A stretch of DNA of 64,000 nucleotides, taken from contig JBGPFC010000006.1 of the NCBI GenBank assembly GCA_041483195.1, positions 32,001-96,000 of the forward strand, given 5' to 3'. Under the pieces are notes generated by a model that saw only the letters and a program-made list of their open reading frames with translations, had not been told where the DNA came from and ran no database searches. Every line of letters begins with the position of its first letter. Position 1 is the stretch's first letter. Shown in pieces: positions 1 to 10,628 of this stretch. Position numbers and translations under genes: made by a program. This DNA comes from Candidatus Eiseniibacteriota bacterium. Its GTDB lineage: Bacteria; Eisenbacteria; RBG-16-71-46.

Positions 1-212
1 ACATCGCGGTGCCCGCTGCGGCCGAGCCCTGGCGGATCGGCGTGTTCGATCTCGGCGGGAGGCGGATCTGGAGCGGCAACGCAATGCCCGGGACACGAGC
101 GCGGTGGGAAGGAACCAACGTCGCGGGCCGTCAGGCGTCGCCGGGGATCTATCTGGTCAGGATCGAATCGGGCCAGACGGTGTTCCTCCGGCGAGTGGTC
201 AGGCTCAACTAG
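1..212 (+). CDS. 3' end of a secreted protein with a T9SS/FlgD-type C-terminal Ig domain (partial)
   Basis: Open frame from the window edge; GVFDLGGRRIW...WEGTNVAGRQASPGIYLVRI...RRVVRLN* matches the CTD pattern of four other proteins in the window. Confidence 0.8.
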   Translation, partial: IAVPAAAEPWRIGVFDLGGRRIWSGNAMPGTRARWEGTNVAGRQASPGIYLVRIESGQTVFLRRVVRLN

Positions 213-238
213 CGAGCGGTCCTGCGAGTCCGCCCGGC

Positions 239-1263
<1,025 letters not shown>

Positions 1264-1304
1264 GCGGCGCCCCGCGGCATGCGCCGCGCGGCCGCGAAAT
1301 CGTG

Positions 1305-2276
1305 ATGAGTGGCGCGCCCCTCTTCTCCGTCATCATCCCGTCGGCCGGCACAGAAGCCGGCGTCGTGCGGTTGCTCGACGCGCTCGCGCGCCAGACGCTT
1401 CCGCGCGGGCGCTTCGAGATCGTGCTCGCGCGCGACGGCGGGTCCATGTCTCCGGAGCTCAACGCCCGCCTCGATGCGCTCGGGGCGCGCCTCGCGCCGC
1501 ACGACCGGCGGAGCGGACCCGGCGCGGCGCGCAATCGAGCCGCCGCGCTCGCGCGGGGCGACGTGCTCGCGCTCACCGAGGACGACTGCGAGCCGGCACC
1601 CGACTGGCTGGCCCGCGCCGCGGCGCGCTTCGATGCCGATCCCGCGCTCGCCGTGCTGGTCGGCCGCACGGTGAAGCCCGGCGGGCGGCCGGTGCACGGG
1701 CAGGACGGCGGCGAGCCGCTCTACCTGCCCACCAACCTCTTCGTGCGCCGCGAGCTGTTCGCGCGCACCGGCGGCTACTGCGAGGCGTTCTTCGAGCCGC
1801 GCGGCAACGTGTACTTTCGCGAGGATTCCGACTTCGGCTTCGCGCTCGAGGAGGCCGGCGCCCGCATCGCGCGCGAGGACGGCGCGGTGGTGACGCATCC
1901 CGAGGAGCACGCGGGGGCGCTGGGCCCGCTGCGCTGGGCGCGGCGTCACATGATGGATCCGCTGCTCGCGCGCCGGCACCCGCGGCGGTTCACCGAGCGC
2001 ATCGAGGTGCACAGCATCGGGCCGTTTCGGATTCGGCGGCCGGTGGTGCGCGCGTGCTTCGCGTGCGTGATCGCGCTGGTGCTCGCGGCCGCTGCGCTGG
2101 CCGCGGGCGCGCCGCGCGCAGCAGCCGCTGCGGGCGCGGTCGCGGGCGTGGCGCTGCTGCCGGTGTGGGCGAAGTGGCGCTTCGCGCCGTGGCGATTGCC
2201 GGTGGTGGTGCTGGTGCCGTTCGCGCTGGTGGGCGCCTACGTGGGCGGATGGTTCCGCGCGCGGCGCATCGGCTGA
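1305..2276 (+). CDS. Glycosyltransferase family 2 with C-terminal TM helices
   Basis: FSVIIP, GPGAARN, LTEDDC, REDSDF motifs; hydrophobic C-terminus; start reassigned to ATG 1305 within ORF 624..2276. Confidence 0.85.
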   Translation: MSGAPLFSVIIPSAGTEAGVVRLLDALARQTLPRGRFEIVLARDGGSMSPELNARLDALGARLAPHDRRSGPGAARNRAAALARGDVLALTEDDCEPAPDWLARAAARFDADPALAVLVGRTVKPGGRPVHGQDGGEPLYLPTNLFVRRELFARTGGYCEAFFEPRGNVYFREDSDFGFALEEAGARIAREDGAVVTHPEEHAGALGPLRWARRHMMDPLLARRHPRRFTERIEVHSIGPFRIRRPVVRACFACVIALVLAAAALAAGAPRAAAAAGAVAGVALLPVWAKWRFAPWRLPVVVLVPFALVGAYVGGWFRARRIG

Positions 2277-2319
2277 GTTCGCCGGCGCGCCGGGCCCGGT
2301 ACGCCGCGTCTCCGCGCGC

Positions 2320-3540
2320 TCAGCGCGCCGCCAGCATCCCCCGCGCCCGCAGCTCCGAAGCGATCCGCTCCGCGATCATCCGGCACATGCGCCCCGAGTA
2401 GTGCACCCGGTCCACGTAGCAGGTCCCGGTGTCGCGCTCTGCGATCCCCGCGCACCACACGAAGTCGCGATCCGTCTGCACCGCGCCGCTCGCGCGCGCC
2501 GAGTCGAACCACGCGTAGCCCGCGCCCGAGAGCGCGTGCTGGGCGAAACCCTCGCCCGCGAACGCGTGACGGCGGAGGTCGCACGCGTAGGTCGGCACCG
2601 GCTGCCAGACGAACAGCGTCCGCACGCCGTACGCCGACGCCGCCGCTCGGATCAGCTTCTGGTTCGCGAGGTAACGCGCCACGGCGGCGGCGATGGTGTC
2701 GCGCGCGGCGCTCGCCTCGTTCGCCGAACTCCCGGCGCTCCCTGGCGCGAGGCTCCGCCGCGGAGGCGGCGCGGCGGCCGGCGCCCGGTTCCCGGCGAGC
2801 GCGCGCGCCAGGCGCGCCATCGGCGTGCGCCGCAACAGCGCCAACACCAGAGCCCCGCTCCGCACCTTCTCGCGCGGCGGGTCGAGCGCCGCGCGGAAGG
2901 CGTCGGTCATCTCGGGATCGCGCCCCGCGTAGTAGAAATCGTTCAGCCCGTCGATGAAGATCGCGACGTCCGGCACCTGGCCGGCGATCAGCAGCTGCTC
3001 GAACAGCAGGCGCTCCTGCGTCGAAAAATAGTACGCGCGGCCGAAGTTGTAGACGCTCGCCTCGCGGGCCGCCCCGCCCGCGCCGCGCAGCGCCTCCTGC
3101 AGGAACGCCGGGACGGTCTGATCGTCGGCGACGCCGTAGCCGAACGTCGTCGAGCCCCCGAACACGAACACGCTGAAGCGGTCGTGCCGAATCGGCCACG
3201 GGCCCTGACCCGGCACCGCGCGGAAGCCCGCGTCGCTCACGTTCACGAAGCGCCCGCGGTAGGCGCCCTCGCGGAACATGGTCCACGGCTCGAACGCGAG
3301 CTTCCGATTCCAGATCTCGGCGAGCATGGAATCGCGCGCCGCCTGGGTCATCCCGGGGTAGGCACGATCGAGCGCAGCGCTCGAGTAACGGAGCGCTCCC
3401 GCCTTCGGCCGGTGGAAGCTGTCCGCGATGCCGAACACGGCCGCGATCAGCAGGTTGATCACGATCAGCGCGACCAGCGTGTTGAGCAGCTGCAGCGCCA
3501 CCACGGTGTAGAGCGCGGGGCGTCTCGGGGCCGGCTCCAT
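2320..3540 (-). CDS. Membrane-anchored SGNH/GDSL hydrolase-family protein (possible glycan O-acetyl modification)
   Basis: N-terminal TM; FGGSTTFGYG block I, YNFG, IDGLND, and C-terminal DRVH (DxxH). Confidence 0.75.
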   Translation of the reverse strand: MEPAPRRPALYTVVALQLLNTLVALIVINLLIAAVFGIADSFHRPKAGALRYSSAALDRAYPGMTQAARDSMLAEIWNRKLAFEPWTMFREGAYRGRFVNVSDAGFRAVPGQGPWPIRHDRFSVFVFGGSTTFGYGVADDQTVPAFLQEALRGAGGAAREASVYNFGRAYYFSTQERLLFEQLLIAGQVPDVAIFIDGLNDFYYAGRDPEMTDAFRAALDPPREKVRSGALVLALLRRTPMARLARALAGNRAPAAAPPPRRSLAPGSAGSSANEASAARDTIAAAVARYLANQKLIRAAASAYGVRTLFVWQPVPTYACDLRRHAFAGEGFAQHALSGAGYAWFDSARASGAVQTDRDFVWCAGIAERDTGTCYVDRVHYSGRMCRMIAERIASELRARGMLAAR

Positions 3541-3548
3541 GTCGCCGC

Positions 3549-4949
3549 TCAGTGCGCGCTCGCGTCGCGCCACACGCGCAGAAGCGTGAGCAAGATGATT
3601 CGCACGTCGAATGCGAGCGACCAGTTGCGGATGTAGTAGAGGTCGTACTCGATGCGCTGGTCGAGCGGCGTGTCGCCGCGCAGGCCGTTCACCTGCGCCC
3701 AGCCCGTGATCCCGGACTTCACGTGGTGGCGCAGCATGTAGCGCGGAATCGAGGCGCGAAACTGCTCGACGAACATCGGCCGCTCGGGGCGCGGTCCCAC
3801 CAGGCTCATCTGCCCGAGGAGCACGTTCCAGAGCTGCGGCAGTTCATCCAGCGAAAGCCGGCGCAGGATCGCGCCGCCGCGCGTACGGCGCGGGTCGCCG
3901 GGCCGAGACCAGCCGGGCGTTCCTTCCGCCTCGGCGTCCGGCTGCATGGTGCGGAACTTGAGCATGCGGAATTTGCTCCCGTTCAGCCCCACGCGCTCCT
4001 GCTCGTAGAAGATGGGTCCCTTCGAGTCGAGCCGCACCCAGATCGCGATCGCGAGCATCACCGGCGAGAGCAGCACCAGCCCCACCGCGGACAGCGCGAG
4101 GTCGAACGCGCGCTTGAGCACGGCGTTCCACCCCAGCCCCGGAGACTCGGTGACGAGCACCACCGGCATGCCGTCGAAGTCCTCGACGCTGGCGTTGAGC
4201 GTGAACGCGCGCGCGAGATCGGGTACCAGCCGCACCGCCGCCGTGGAGTCCGCGAGCTGCCGCAGCGCCTCTTCCTCGGCCTCGAACTCCGGGCGGGCCA
4301 GCGCGAGGTAGACGATCTCGGCGCCGTAGCGCTCGACCAGCGTCTTCAGCTCGCGCACCGTGCCCAGCACACCGAAGCCGTCGATGGTGCGGCCGAGATC
4401 CGCGGCGCTCGCCGCCACCAGGCCGTGCACCTCGAATCCGAAATCGCGATGCGCCGCGATCTTGCGCAGCAGCGCCGCGGCGTGCTCGCCGGTTCCCACC
4501 ACCAGCACGTGCCGCAGATTCCGCCCGTGGCGGCGCAGCTCGCGCAACGCGACCCGAATCGCGATGCGCGTCGCGCACAGGCCCGCCCACGCGATGCCCG
4601 CGAACAGCAGCAGCGCGGAGCGCGCCAGCTCCCCGCGCGTGAAGAACGAGGCGAGCGCGACCACCGCAGTGATGGTGGCCACCCCCTGCGTCATCGCGAA
4701 GAATTCGCGGCCGGGGCGCGAGGTGCGCGCCGAGCGGTAGAGCCCGAAGGTACGCAGGATCAGCAGCGCGATCGGCGTGAGCACCGCGCCGAACCACAGG
4801 TAGAGCGTGAAGGGCGGCACGCCGAGCGGCGCCGGCCACTCGAGCAGGTGGAAGCGCAGCTCGTAGCTCGCCATCCACGACGCGAAGATCAGGGCGCCGT
4901 CGAAGAAGAAGACGCCGGTCGCGAGCAGCTGGCGCTGGCGGGCGAGCAT
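3549..4949 (-). CDS. wcaJ: Undecaprenyl-phosphate glucose phosphotransferase (WcaJ/WbaP-type initiating transferase)
   Basis: Multiple N-terminal TMs; KRAFD, KFRTM, LDELPQLWNVL.G.MSLVGPRPE, GITGWAQVNG, YDLYYI.NWS. Confidence 0.92.
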   Translation of the reverse strand: MLARQRQLLATGVFFFDGALIFASWMASYELRFHLLEWPAPLGVPPFTLYLWFGAVLTPIALLILRTFGLYRSARTSRPGREFFAMTQGVATITAVVALASFFTRGELARSALLLFAGIAWAGLCATRIAIRVALRELRRHGRNLRHVLVVGTGEHAAALLRKIAAHRDFGFEVHGLVAASAADLGRTIDGFGVLGTVRELKTLVERYGAEIVYLALARPEFEAEEEALRQLADSTAAVRLVPDLARAFTLNASVEDFDGMPVVLVTESPGLGWNAVLKRAFDLALSAVGLVLLSPVMLAIAIWVRLDSKGPIFYEQERVGLNGSKFRMLKFRTMQPDAEAEGTPGWSRPGDPRRTRGGAILRRLSLDELPQLWNVLLGQMSLVGPRPERPMFVEQFRASIPRYMLRHHVKSGITGWAQVNGLRGDTPLDQRIEYDLYYIRNWSLAFDVRIILLTLLRVWRDASAH

Positions 4950-4958
4950 CAGCGCGTG

Positions 4959-5153
4959 CTACCGCTCCTCGGGCCGGTGTGCCGGGGCGACTTTGCGCGC
5001 CGCCGCGATGTGCAGCACGACCCGGTGTGCGCTCTCCAGCCATTCGAGCTTTTCCGGTAGCGGGAGTCTGGCGAGGCGGGATCGCTGGGCGTGCGCGTGG
5101 CCCTCCCATCCTGATTCCCACCCGTGTTCCGCATCCGGACGACCGTCGGTCAT
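4959..5153 (-). CDS. Small (64 aa) partner protein of the adjacent nucleotidyltransferase
   Basis: ATGA overlap with the NTase stop; GWEG...Q...L..LPLPEKLEWLE pattern of the kind seen beside such NTases. Confidence 0.6.
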   Translation of the reverse strand: MTDGRPDAEHGWESGWEGHAHAQRSRLARLPLPEKLEWLESAHRVVLHIAAARKVAPAHRPEER

Positions 5154-5662
5154 GACTCGGCTCCTGGCGGTCTCGGCAGCGCCGCGAGCCGTTCGATGTC
5201 CTCTCGGTCCTGAGGCCTGCCTGCCTTGCCCTTCATGGCGATCAAGTCCGTCAGGCCCACGAAAGTGGCGACGAGACCCGGCGCCACCTCGAGTTTCTTC
5301 GCCCCATCGAATGCGCGATCGAATTCAATGACGGCTTCGAGAAAGAGATCCACTTCGGTGGCGGGGTGGTCGCCACTGAAGACTGAGAACACGGTGAGCC
5401 CCTTTTCGCGGGCCCATCTCTCGCGCGTGGCCCCGTTGGCATACTCGGCGAACTCGACAGGCGCCCGCGGACGGTAGCCCAATCCCGAAAGCGCGGCGAT
5501 CGCCCGCCTCAGGTTGGCCTCTTTCATGTCCAGCACCAGATCGATGTCAGCCGTGAACCGCACGTAGCCGTGCGCGACGACCGCGAGTCCGCCGGCGATG
5601 AGGTAGCGAACGCCCGCATCGTTCAGAGCCCTAACGATGGCCTCCACGCTTCTACGTTCCAC
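5150..5662 (-). CDS. Pol-beta-superfamily nucleotidyltransferase (DUF6036/AbiEii-like)
   Basis: AGGLAVVAHGYVRFTADIDL, EVDLF, DLIAMK..AGRPQDREDI; GTG at 5662 preceded by GAGGGAG. Confidence 0.8.
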   Translation of the reverse strand: MERRSVEAIVRALNDAGVRYLIAGGLAVVAHGYVRFTADIDLVLDMKEANLRRAIAALSGLGYRPRAPVEFAEYANGATRERWAREKGLTVFSVFSGDHPATEVDLFLEAVIEFDRAFDGAKKLEVAPGLVATFVGLTDLIAMKGKAGRPQDREDIERLAALPRPPGAES

Positions 5663-5732
5663 CTGGCGTGCTCCCTCGGGGCCCGACAACTGATCTCGGC
5701 GACTCCTCATGGCTTGTGTGCGTATCCGCAGG

Positions 5733-5762
5733 AGAGTATCGCCTCCCACCGCCCGGGCTCAA
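5733..5762 (-). promoter_or_regulatory. Possible sigma70 promoter for the NTase cassette
   Basis: TTGAGC-18 bp-TACTCT on the minus strand. Confidence 0.4.
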
Positions 5763-5858
5763 GGGGTACGCCAATTCGGTGGTGCCTCAGGTTCCTGAGG
5801 ATGGGCGCGCCGCGGGGAGGCGCGGAAAATCGCGGCGAGGCGGGGCGGGCGTCCGCGG

Positions 5859-7007
5859 TCACACGACGTCGCTGTCGCCCCAGGTGACGTACCAGTTGCG
5901 CGAGTCGTAGAGCATCGGCTTGTCGGTCGTATCCGCGAGGGCACGGGCGCCAAAGTAGATCTCCTGGGGCATGAGGCGCCGAGGCGGCGCGATGAAGCCC
6001 GCCCCGTCGATCGCGCGGCGGACGATGCTCGACGGGTACATGAGCGCCGTCACCATCTGCGCCCCTTCCCCCGCCATCGAGGTCTCGGCCAGGCTCACCA
6101 GGGCCGACGCCACGTCGGGGCGCGACTCCTCGCACACGATGTCCAGCACGAACCCACTCATCATCGAGAAGCGCTCCTCGACCCGCGTGACGAGCGCGCC
6201 GACCAGGGTTCCGGCCTCACGCAGCGTCCAGACCCGGTAGACGGAGTCGGGATTCTCGAAGTAGCGCCACTGAAGATAGCGCCGGTCGCGCACGACACAG
6301 ATCCTCTTGCCGTGGCGCGCGCGTGCCCACAGCTGGTCGGTGTCCGGCGGGAAGGCCTTCACCTCCTCGGCCGACAGCGCGGCGGGAATGCGACGCGGAG
6401 GCCTGCGCGCGATCGACCAGACAAACTCGGCGAACGGCGCCGCGATTCGGCCGAGCGCCCCGCGGCGGGAGAGCTGCGCGCGCACCGCGCCGCGCAGCGG
6501 CTTGACGAGCAGGGGGAACGGGGCGAGTTCCACCCAACCCAGCTTCTTGAAGAAGGTCGGCGCCGACATGGCGTTCGGAAAACCGAACACTGCGAAAGAG
6601 CCCTTCTGGCCCAGCTCCGAATAGAGCTGGTTGGCGAGCCGGGGGAATATCCCGCGGCCACGGAAGGCCTTGTCGGTCGCGGTGTCGAGCGAGAGCGCAC
6701 CGTGCATGAGCGCGCCGTCCACGTGCACGCGCAGCGGCATCACGGCGTATTGCGCGGCGAGCGTACTTCCGGCGAAGGCGAGCAGAATGGCCTGGTACCC
6801 GGCGGGCGTATCCAGGAATTCCCACTTCCAGTGACGCGCGCTCTCAGTGCGGCCCATCGTGCGCCCGAACACGCGCTCGAAGAGATCGATGATCCGCGCC
6901 TCGTCCCCGGACCGGTAGTTCCGGATCTCGAGGGGCTGGTCCGCCCCTGCCGCCTGAGGCGCGGCAGCGGCCGCCGCCTCGGTGCCGGGATTCGACACGA
7001 TCTCCAT
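5859..7007 (-). CDS. GNAT/FemAB-like acyltransferase
   Basis: IRNYRSGD, W.W.F, DTATDKAFRGRGIF (acyl-CoA loop), FGFPN, C-terminal WYVTWGDSD; two-GNAT-domain length. Confidence 0.8.
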   Translation of the reverse strand: MEIVSNPGTEAAAAAAPQAAGADQPLEIRNYRSGDEARIIDLFERVFGRTMGRTESARHWKWEFLDTPAGYQAILLAFAGSTLAAQYAVMPLRVHVDGALMHGALSLDTATDKAFRGRGIFPRLANQLYSELGQKGSFAVFGFPNAMSAPTFFKKLGWVELAPFPLLVKPLRGAVRAQLSRRGALGRIAAPFAEFVWSIARRPPRRIPAALSAEEVKAFPPDTDQLWARARHGKRICVVRDRRYLQWRYFENPDSVYRVWTLREAGTLVGALVTRVEERFSMMSGFVLDIVCEESRPDVASALVSLAETSMAGEGAQMVTALMYPSSIVRRAIDGAGFIAPPRRLMPQEIYFGARALADTTDKPMLYDSRNWYVTWGDSDVV

Positions 7008-7009
7008 GG

Positions 7010-7891
7010 CTAGCCTCCTTCCGTCCGCCCCGCGGGACCTCGATCCAGGCCCAGCACTTCCTTCATGGGAGCAAAGCGGAAATCCCCGAGCAGACGTCGC
7101 AGCCGCCCCTCGGTGGACTTCAGATTGAAGTAGTGGGTGGCCGCGATGCGCCGCGGTAACGGAATGCGCGGGTGCTCAGGATCTACTTCCCACGGGTGGA
7201 TGTAAAATACCACGGGTCTTCCTTCCCGGTTGATGGAGCGCAGCGCGGTCCGGGTCAGCGCGTACGGGAACATGCGGAAGTAGGCGCCGCCCGCCACCGG
7301 CAGATTGCGGCCCAACACGCGCCACGTGGAGATCGGAAACTCGATCAGGCCGTCAACCCCTTCCCTCACCGGATGCGGCCAGCGCGGCGCGTCCTCGATG
7401 CCATACCGGTAATTGAGCACCGGGAAGATGCTCGAATCGTAGTGCAGGCCCTCCTCGCCCAGGATGTCGAGCGCCCAGAGCGAGCGCCGGGTTATCGAGA
7501 AGAACGGCGCCCGGTGCCCGACGATGCGCTGGCCGGTGAGGGTCTCGAGCAGTCGGATCGAGCGCACCAACTCGTCGCGAAACGTCTCCGGGGTCATCTC
7601 GTAAACCAGCGTGTGCGACCAACCGTGAGTGGCGATCTCGTGGCCGGCCGAGGCGATCTCCCGAACCAGTTCGGGGTGCCGCTCGGCCACGGCGCCCAGG
7701 ATGAAGAACGTCGCGTGGACGTTGCACTCCGCGAACAGCGCGAGCAGGCGACGCCCCGAGGCCGGCAGGCGGTCCTCGTATCCTGCCCAGCGGGTATAGG
7801 GAATCTCGAGACCCTGATACCAGTCCTCGAAGTCCACCGTGAGCGCGTTGACGAGCGGCGGCGCGCCGCGCGGATTTCTGCTTTGGAGCAT
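7010..7891 (-). CDS. Polysaccharide deacetylase (CE4 with DUF3473-type C-terminus)
   Basis: NALTVDFEDWY, ATFFILG, GHEIATHGWSH, GHRAP, YDSSIFP, GGAYFR, FYIHPWE. Confidence 0.9.
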   Translation of the reverse strand: MLQSRNPRGAPPLVNALTVDFEDWYQGLEIPYTRWAGYEDRLPASGRRLLALFAECNVHATFFILGAVAERHPELVREIASAGHEIATHGWSHTLVYEMTPETFRDELVRSIRLLETLTGQRIVGHRAPFFSITRRSLWALDILGEEGLHYDSSIFPVLNYRYGIEDAPRWPHPVREGVDGLIEFPISTWRVLGRNLPVAGGAYFRMFPYALTRTALRSINREGRPVVFYIHPWEVDPEHPRIPLPRRIAATHYFNLKSTEGRLRRLLGDFRFAPMKEVLGLDRGPAGRTEGG

Positions 7892-7901
7892 GGCGACGTG
7901 G

Positions 7902-7930
7902 ACCTTAGTCAAGGACGAGCCGGAGGGGAA
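7902..7930 (-). promoter_or_regulatory. Possible promoter for deacetylase-GNAT, with a very short leader
   Basis: TTCCCC-17 bp-TAAGGT, 10 nt before ATG 7891; no SD. Confidence 0.35.
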
Positions 7931-8090
7931 GCGCCCGGCCCCGACTGCACCCGGGCCACGTCGCGCATTCGCTGCGTCCGATGCCTTGCCAGATATTGAA
8001 ACCATGCGGCATTATTCGCGGGAGTCGTGCTCGCGGGCGTTCCTCCTTGCAGGGCGTCACGCGAGGCGGGTTTCGGAGGGCTCCCCAATC

Positions 8091-9314
8091 GTGCGACGAC
8101 AGATCAATACGCCGGCGAAAGTTCTGGACCGGTGGTCAGGCTACGTGCTCGGACGCGCCCTCGGCGGCATCGCCCGCGGCCTGGGACGATTCGGCCGATC
8201 CCGTCTCGAGAATCCGCCGCGGCAGATCCTCCTGAGCAAATTCTGCTGCATGGGCGATGCCGTCCTGGTCCTCCCGTCGCTGCGGGCGCTCAAGGAGACG
8301 TTTCCAACGACGCACGTGACGATGCTGTGCACGCCGCGCACCCTGCCCATCTTCGAGGGGAATGAATATCTCGATGAGATCATGCTCTTCCGGCTCACGG
8401 GTGAGAATCGGTTCGGCAAGTTCGTCACGTCGGCGCTGCCTGCTCTGCTCGAGACGCTGCAGAAGTTGAGGGCGAGATCGTTCGACGCCGTGATCGATTT
8501 CGACAACTACTACAACTGGACGACCTTTCTCGGGTTCGCGGCGGGGATCCGCACCCGGGTCGGGTTCGACCCGCCCCGACAGGGGCGCCGCTTCCTGCTC
8601 ACCAATCCCGTTCGCTTCGAGGGCGCCCGACACATGGTCGAGTTCTACCTCGATCTCGTCCGCGCGATCGGCGCCGACACCGTCCACAAGTCGCCGTCGA
8701 TCGTCGTTCCATTCGCGGCGCAGTCCTGGGCACGCGATTTTCTGGCAAAGTCCGGGCACCTCCCCGGAGAGCGACCTCTGGTGGCTCTGTCCCCGGGGCG
8801 GAGCGCGGCGTGGCATTTCGTCCGCTGGCCCGAGGACAACTTCGTCGCCGCGGGCAGGGCGCTGTACGAGAGATGCGGCGCCCGCCTGCTGCTGATCGGG
8901 GGCGATGCCGAGGTGCCCATCGCCGACCGCATGATGGCCGCGCTGGCCGCACACCGGATTCCGGCCATCAATAGCGTCGGGAAGCTGGAACTCGCTCAGA
9001 GCGAGGCGCTCCTTCAGCAAGCGGACCTGGTGATCTGCAACGACAGTGGACCGATGCACGTCGCCGCGGCGGTCGGGACGCCCACGCTGGCCGTGTTCGG
9101 CCCCGCCGACCACCGGCTCTGGGGACCCTACGGTCCGGAGCACCGCGTCGTGCGTCTCGATCTGGACTGCAGCCCGTGCGTCATCATGGGGAAGCTGGGC
9201 AAATGCCCCAGGCAACTCCTGGAGTGTTTGCAGGTGCCCGTGAATGTGGTGATCAAGGCGGCCGACGAGATGCTCGAGCACCGCCGTGCGAGCGCCGTCG
9301 CCCCGCTTCACTGA
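8091..9314 (+). CDS. Glycosyltransferase family 9 (heptosyltransferase-like)
   Basis: MGDAVL..P, RW....F, LVICNDSGPMHVAAAVGTPTLAVFGP; GGAGGG RBS before GTG 8091. Confidence 0.9.
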   Translation: MRRQINTPAKVLDRWSGYVLGRALGGIARGLGRFGRSRLENPPRQILLSKFCCMGDAVLVLPSLRALKETFPTTHVTMLCTPRTLPIFEGNEYLDEIMLFRLTGENRFGKFVTSALPALLETLQKLRARSFDAVIDFDNYYNWTTFLGFAAGIRTRVGFDPPRQGRRFLLTNPVRFEGARHMVEFYLDLVRAIGADTVHKSPSIVVPFAAQSWARDFLAKSGHLPGERPLVALSPGRSAAWHFVRWPEDNFVAAGRALYERCGARLLLIGGDAEVPIADRMMAALAAHRIPAINSVGKLELAQSEALLQQADLVICNDSGPMHVAAAVGTPTLAVFGPADHRLWGPYGPEHRVVRLDLDCSPCVIMGKLGKCPRQLLECLQVPVNVVIKAADEMLEHRRASAVAPLH

Positions 9315-10477
9315 GGCTTCGCGGGGCTACCCTCGCCCCTCGGCCGGGCCACATTGCGAAATACGGTCAGGTACTCACGCGCGGTCCGCGCATAGCGAAA
9401 CTCGGCGGCGCGCGCGCGGCCGGCGTCCGCCATGGTCCGGCGCAGCGATGTATCCCCCGCCAACTCGCGGATCGCTGCGGCCCACTCCGAGTCCTCACGC
9501 GGCGCGACGAAGCGGGCCGCATCTGCGCCGAGCTCGCGCAGGACCGGAACATCCGCCGCGAGCACGGGGCTGCCGGCTGCCTGTGCCTCGAGCAGAGGAA
9601 AACCGAAGCCCTCGGCAAGGGAAGGAAAGAGCGTGATGGTGGCGTTTCGGTAGAGCCACCAGAGCTCGGGCTCCGTCACACGCCCGAGCGCGGTGACCCG
9701 GCTGGCCCCGTGTTGCCGCGCGAGCACGGCGAGCCCGCGGTATCGCGGATCCTCGGGACCCGCTCCCACGAGATCGAGCGGAGGATTCGGCCCGAAGCGC
9801 TTCCAGGCGCGCGCCAGCGTTTCCAGGTTCTTGTGCGGCTTGTTGATCCCGACGACCAGCGCGAATGCGCGTTCCGGCAATCCTCGCGGGCGGGCTCCCG
9901 CCACGGGCGCGGGAGCCACGACGCCGGGATGCACGGTGTGGACTTTCGACTCCGCGATGCCGGCGCGCCGGACGATCTGCCTCCGACTCGCCTCGCTGCT
10001 CGTCATCACGGCGTCCGCGCGCTTCGTTCCGAGCAGCGCGACCCGGTAGAGGAGCCGGCCGCGCGCATACGAAGCCTCCGGGAGCTCCAGCGGCAAGACG
10101 TCGTGGAGAGTGAGCACGCGTGCACACCCCGCGCCCCACGGCGACAGGTAGAACGGGCTGAAGTAGAGGGCCGGTCTGATCCGACGGAGCAGTCGCCCGG
10201 TCCAGAAGGGGGTCGTGGCTCCGATGGCAGGAGCGCCGGTCTCGATCCAATCCACGCGTGAGTGACGCGGCAAGGGGTCGAAGTCGAAGCGCGAATTCAC
10301 GAGCCCCGGATTCCAAATGACGGCGTATCGCTCGCCCCCGGGGAGTTCGAGCAGCGCCTGCAGGAGGCGGAACGCGTGCGTCCCCACTCCCGGGAAATGA
10401 TCCGAGGCGTATCGAAGGTCGTAGGCGATTGTGAGGGTCGGGCCGAGGTCCGCGCCCGGGGCAATAACCGAGGTCAC
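9308..10477 (-). CDS. Glycosyltransferase family 4
   Basis: TLHDV, PHKNL, LFPSLAEGFGFPLLEAQAAGSPV (EX7E motif). Confidence 0.9.
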   Translation of the reverse strand: MTSVIAPGADLGPTLTIAYDLRYASDHFPGVGTHAFRLLQALLELPGGERYAVIWNPGLVNSRFDFDPLPRHSRVDWIETGAPAIGATTPFWTGRLLRRIRPALYFSPFYLSPWGAGCARVLTLHDVLPLELPEASYARGRLLYRVALLGTKRADAVMTSSEASRRQIVRRAGIAESKVHTVHPGVVAPAPVAGARPRGLPERAFALVVGINKPHKNLETLARAWKRFGPNPPLDLVGAGPEDPRYRGLAVLARQHGASRVTALGRVTEPELWWLYRNATITLFPSLAEGFGFPLLEAQAAGSPVLAADVPVLRELGADAARFVAPREDSEWAAAIRELAGDTSLRRTMADAGRARAAEFRYARTAREYLTVFRNVARPRGEGSPAKPQ

Positions 10478-10483
10478 GAGACA

Positions 10484-10512
10484 AACCTAGGGGCCGGGAC
10501 GTGCACTGTCCA
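10484..10512 (-). promoter_or_regulatory. sigma70-type promoter, probably giving a leaderless GT4 mRNA
   Basis: TGGACA-17 bp-TAGGTT with only 6 nt to the GTG at 10477. Confidence 0.55.
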
Positions 10513-10628
10513 GCCGGCGGCGGACACCGTGGCGCCGAATTCGCTCACTCGCTTCCGTCACGCACACGCCGAATCCTCCTCCGATCCCCGCGCATGGTAG
10601 CCTGTGGAATGCGGCGCAGCCCCTCGGC

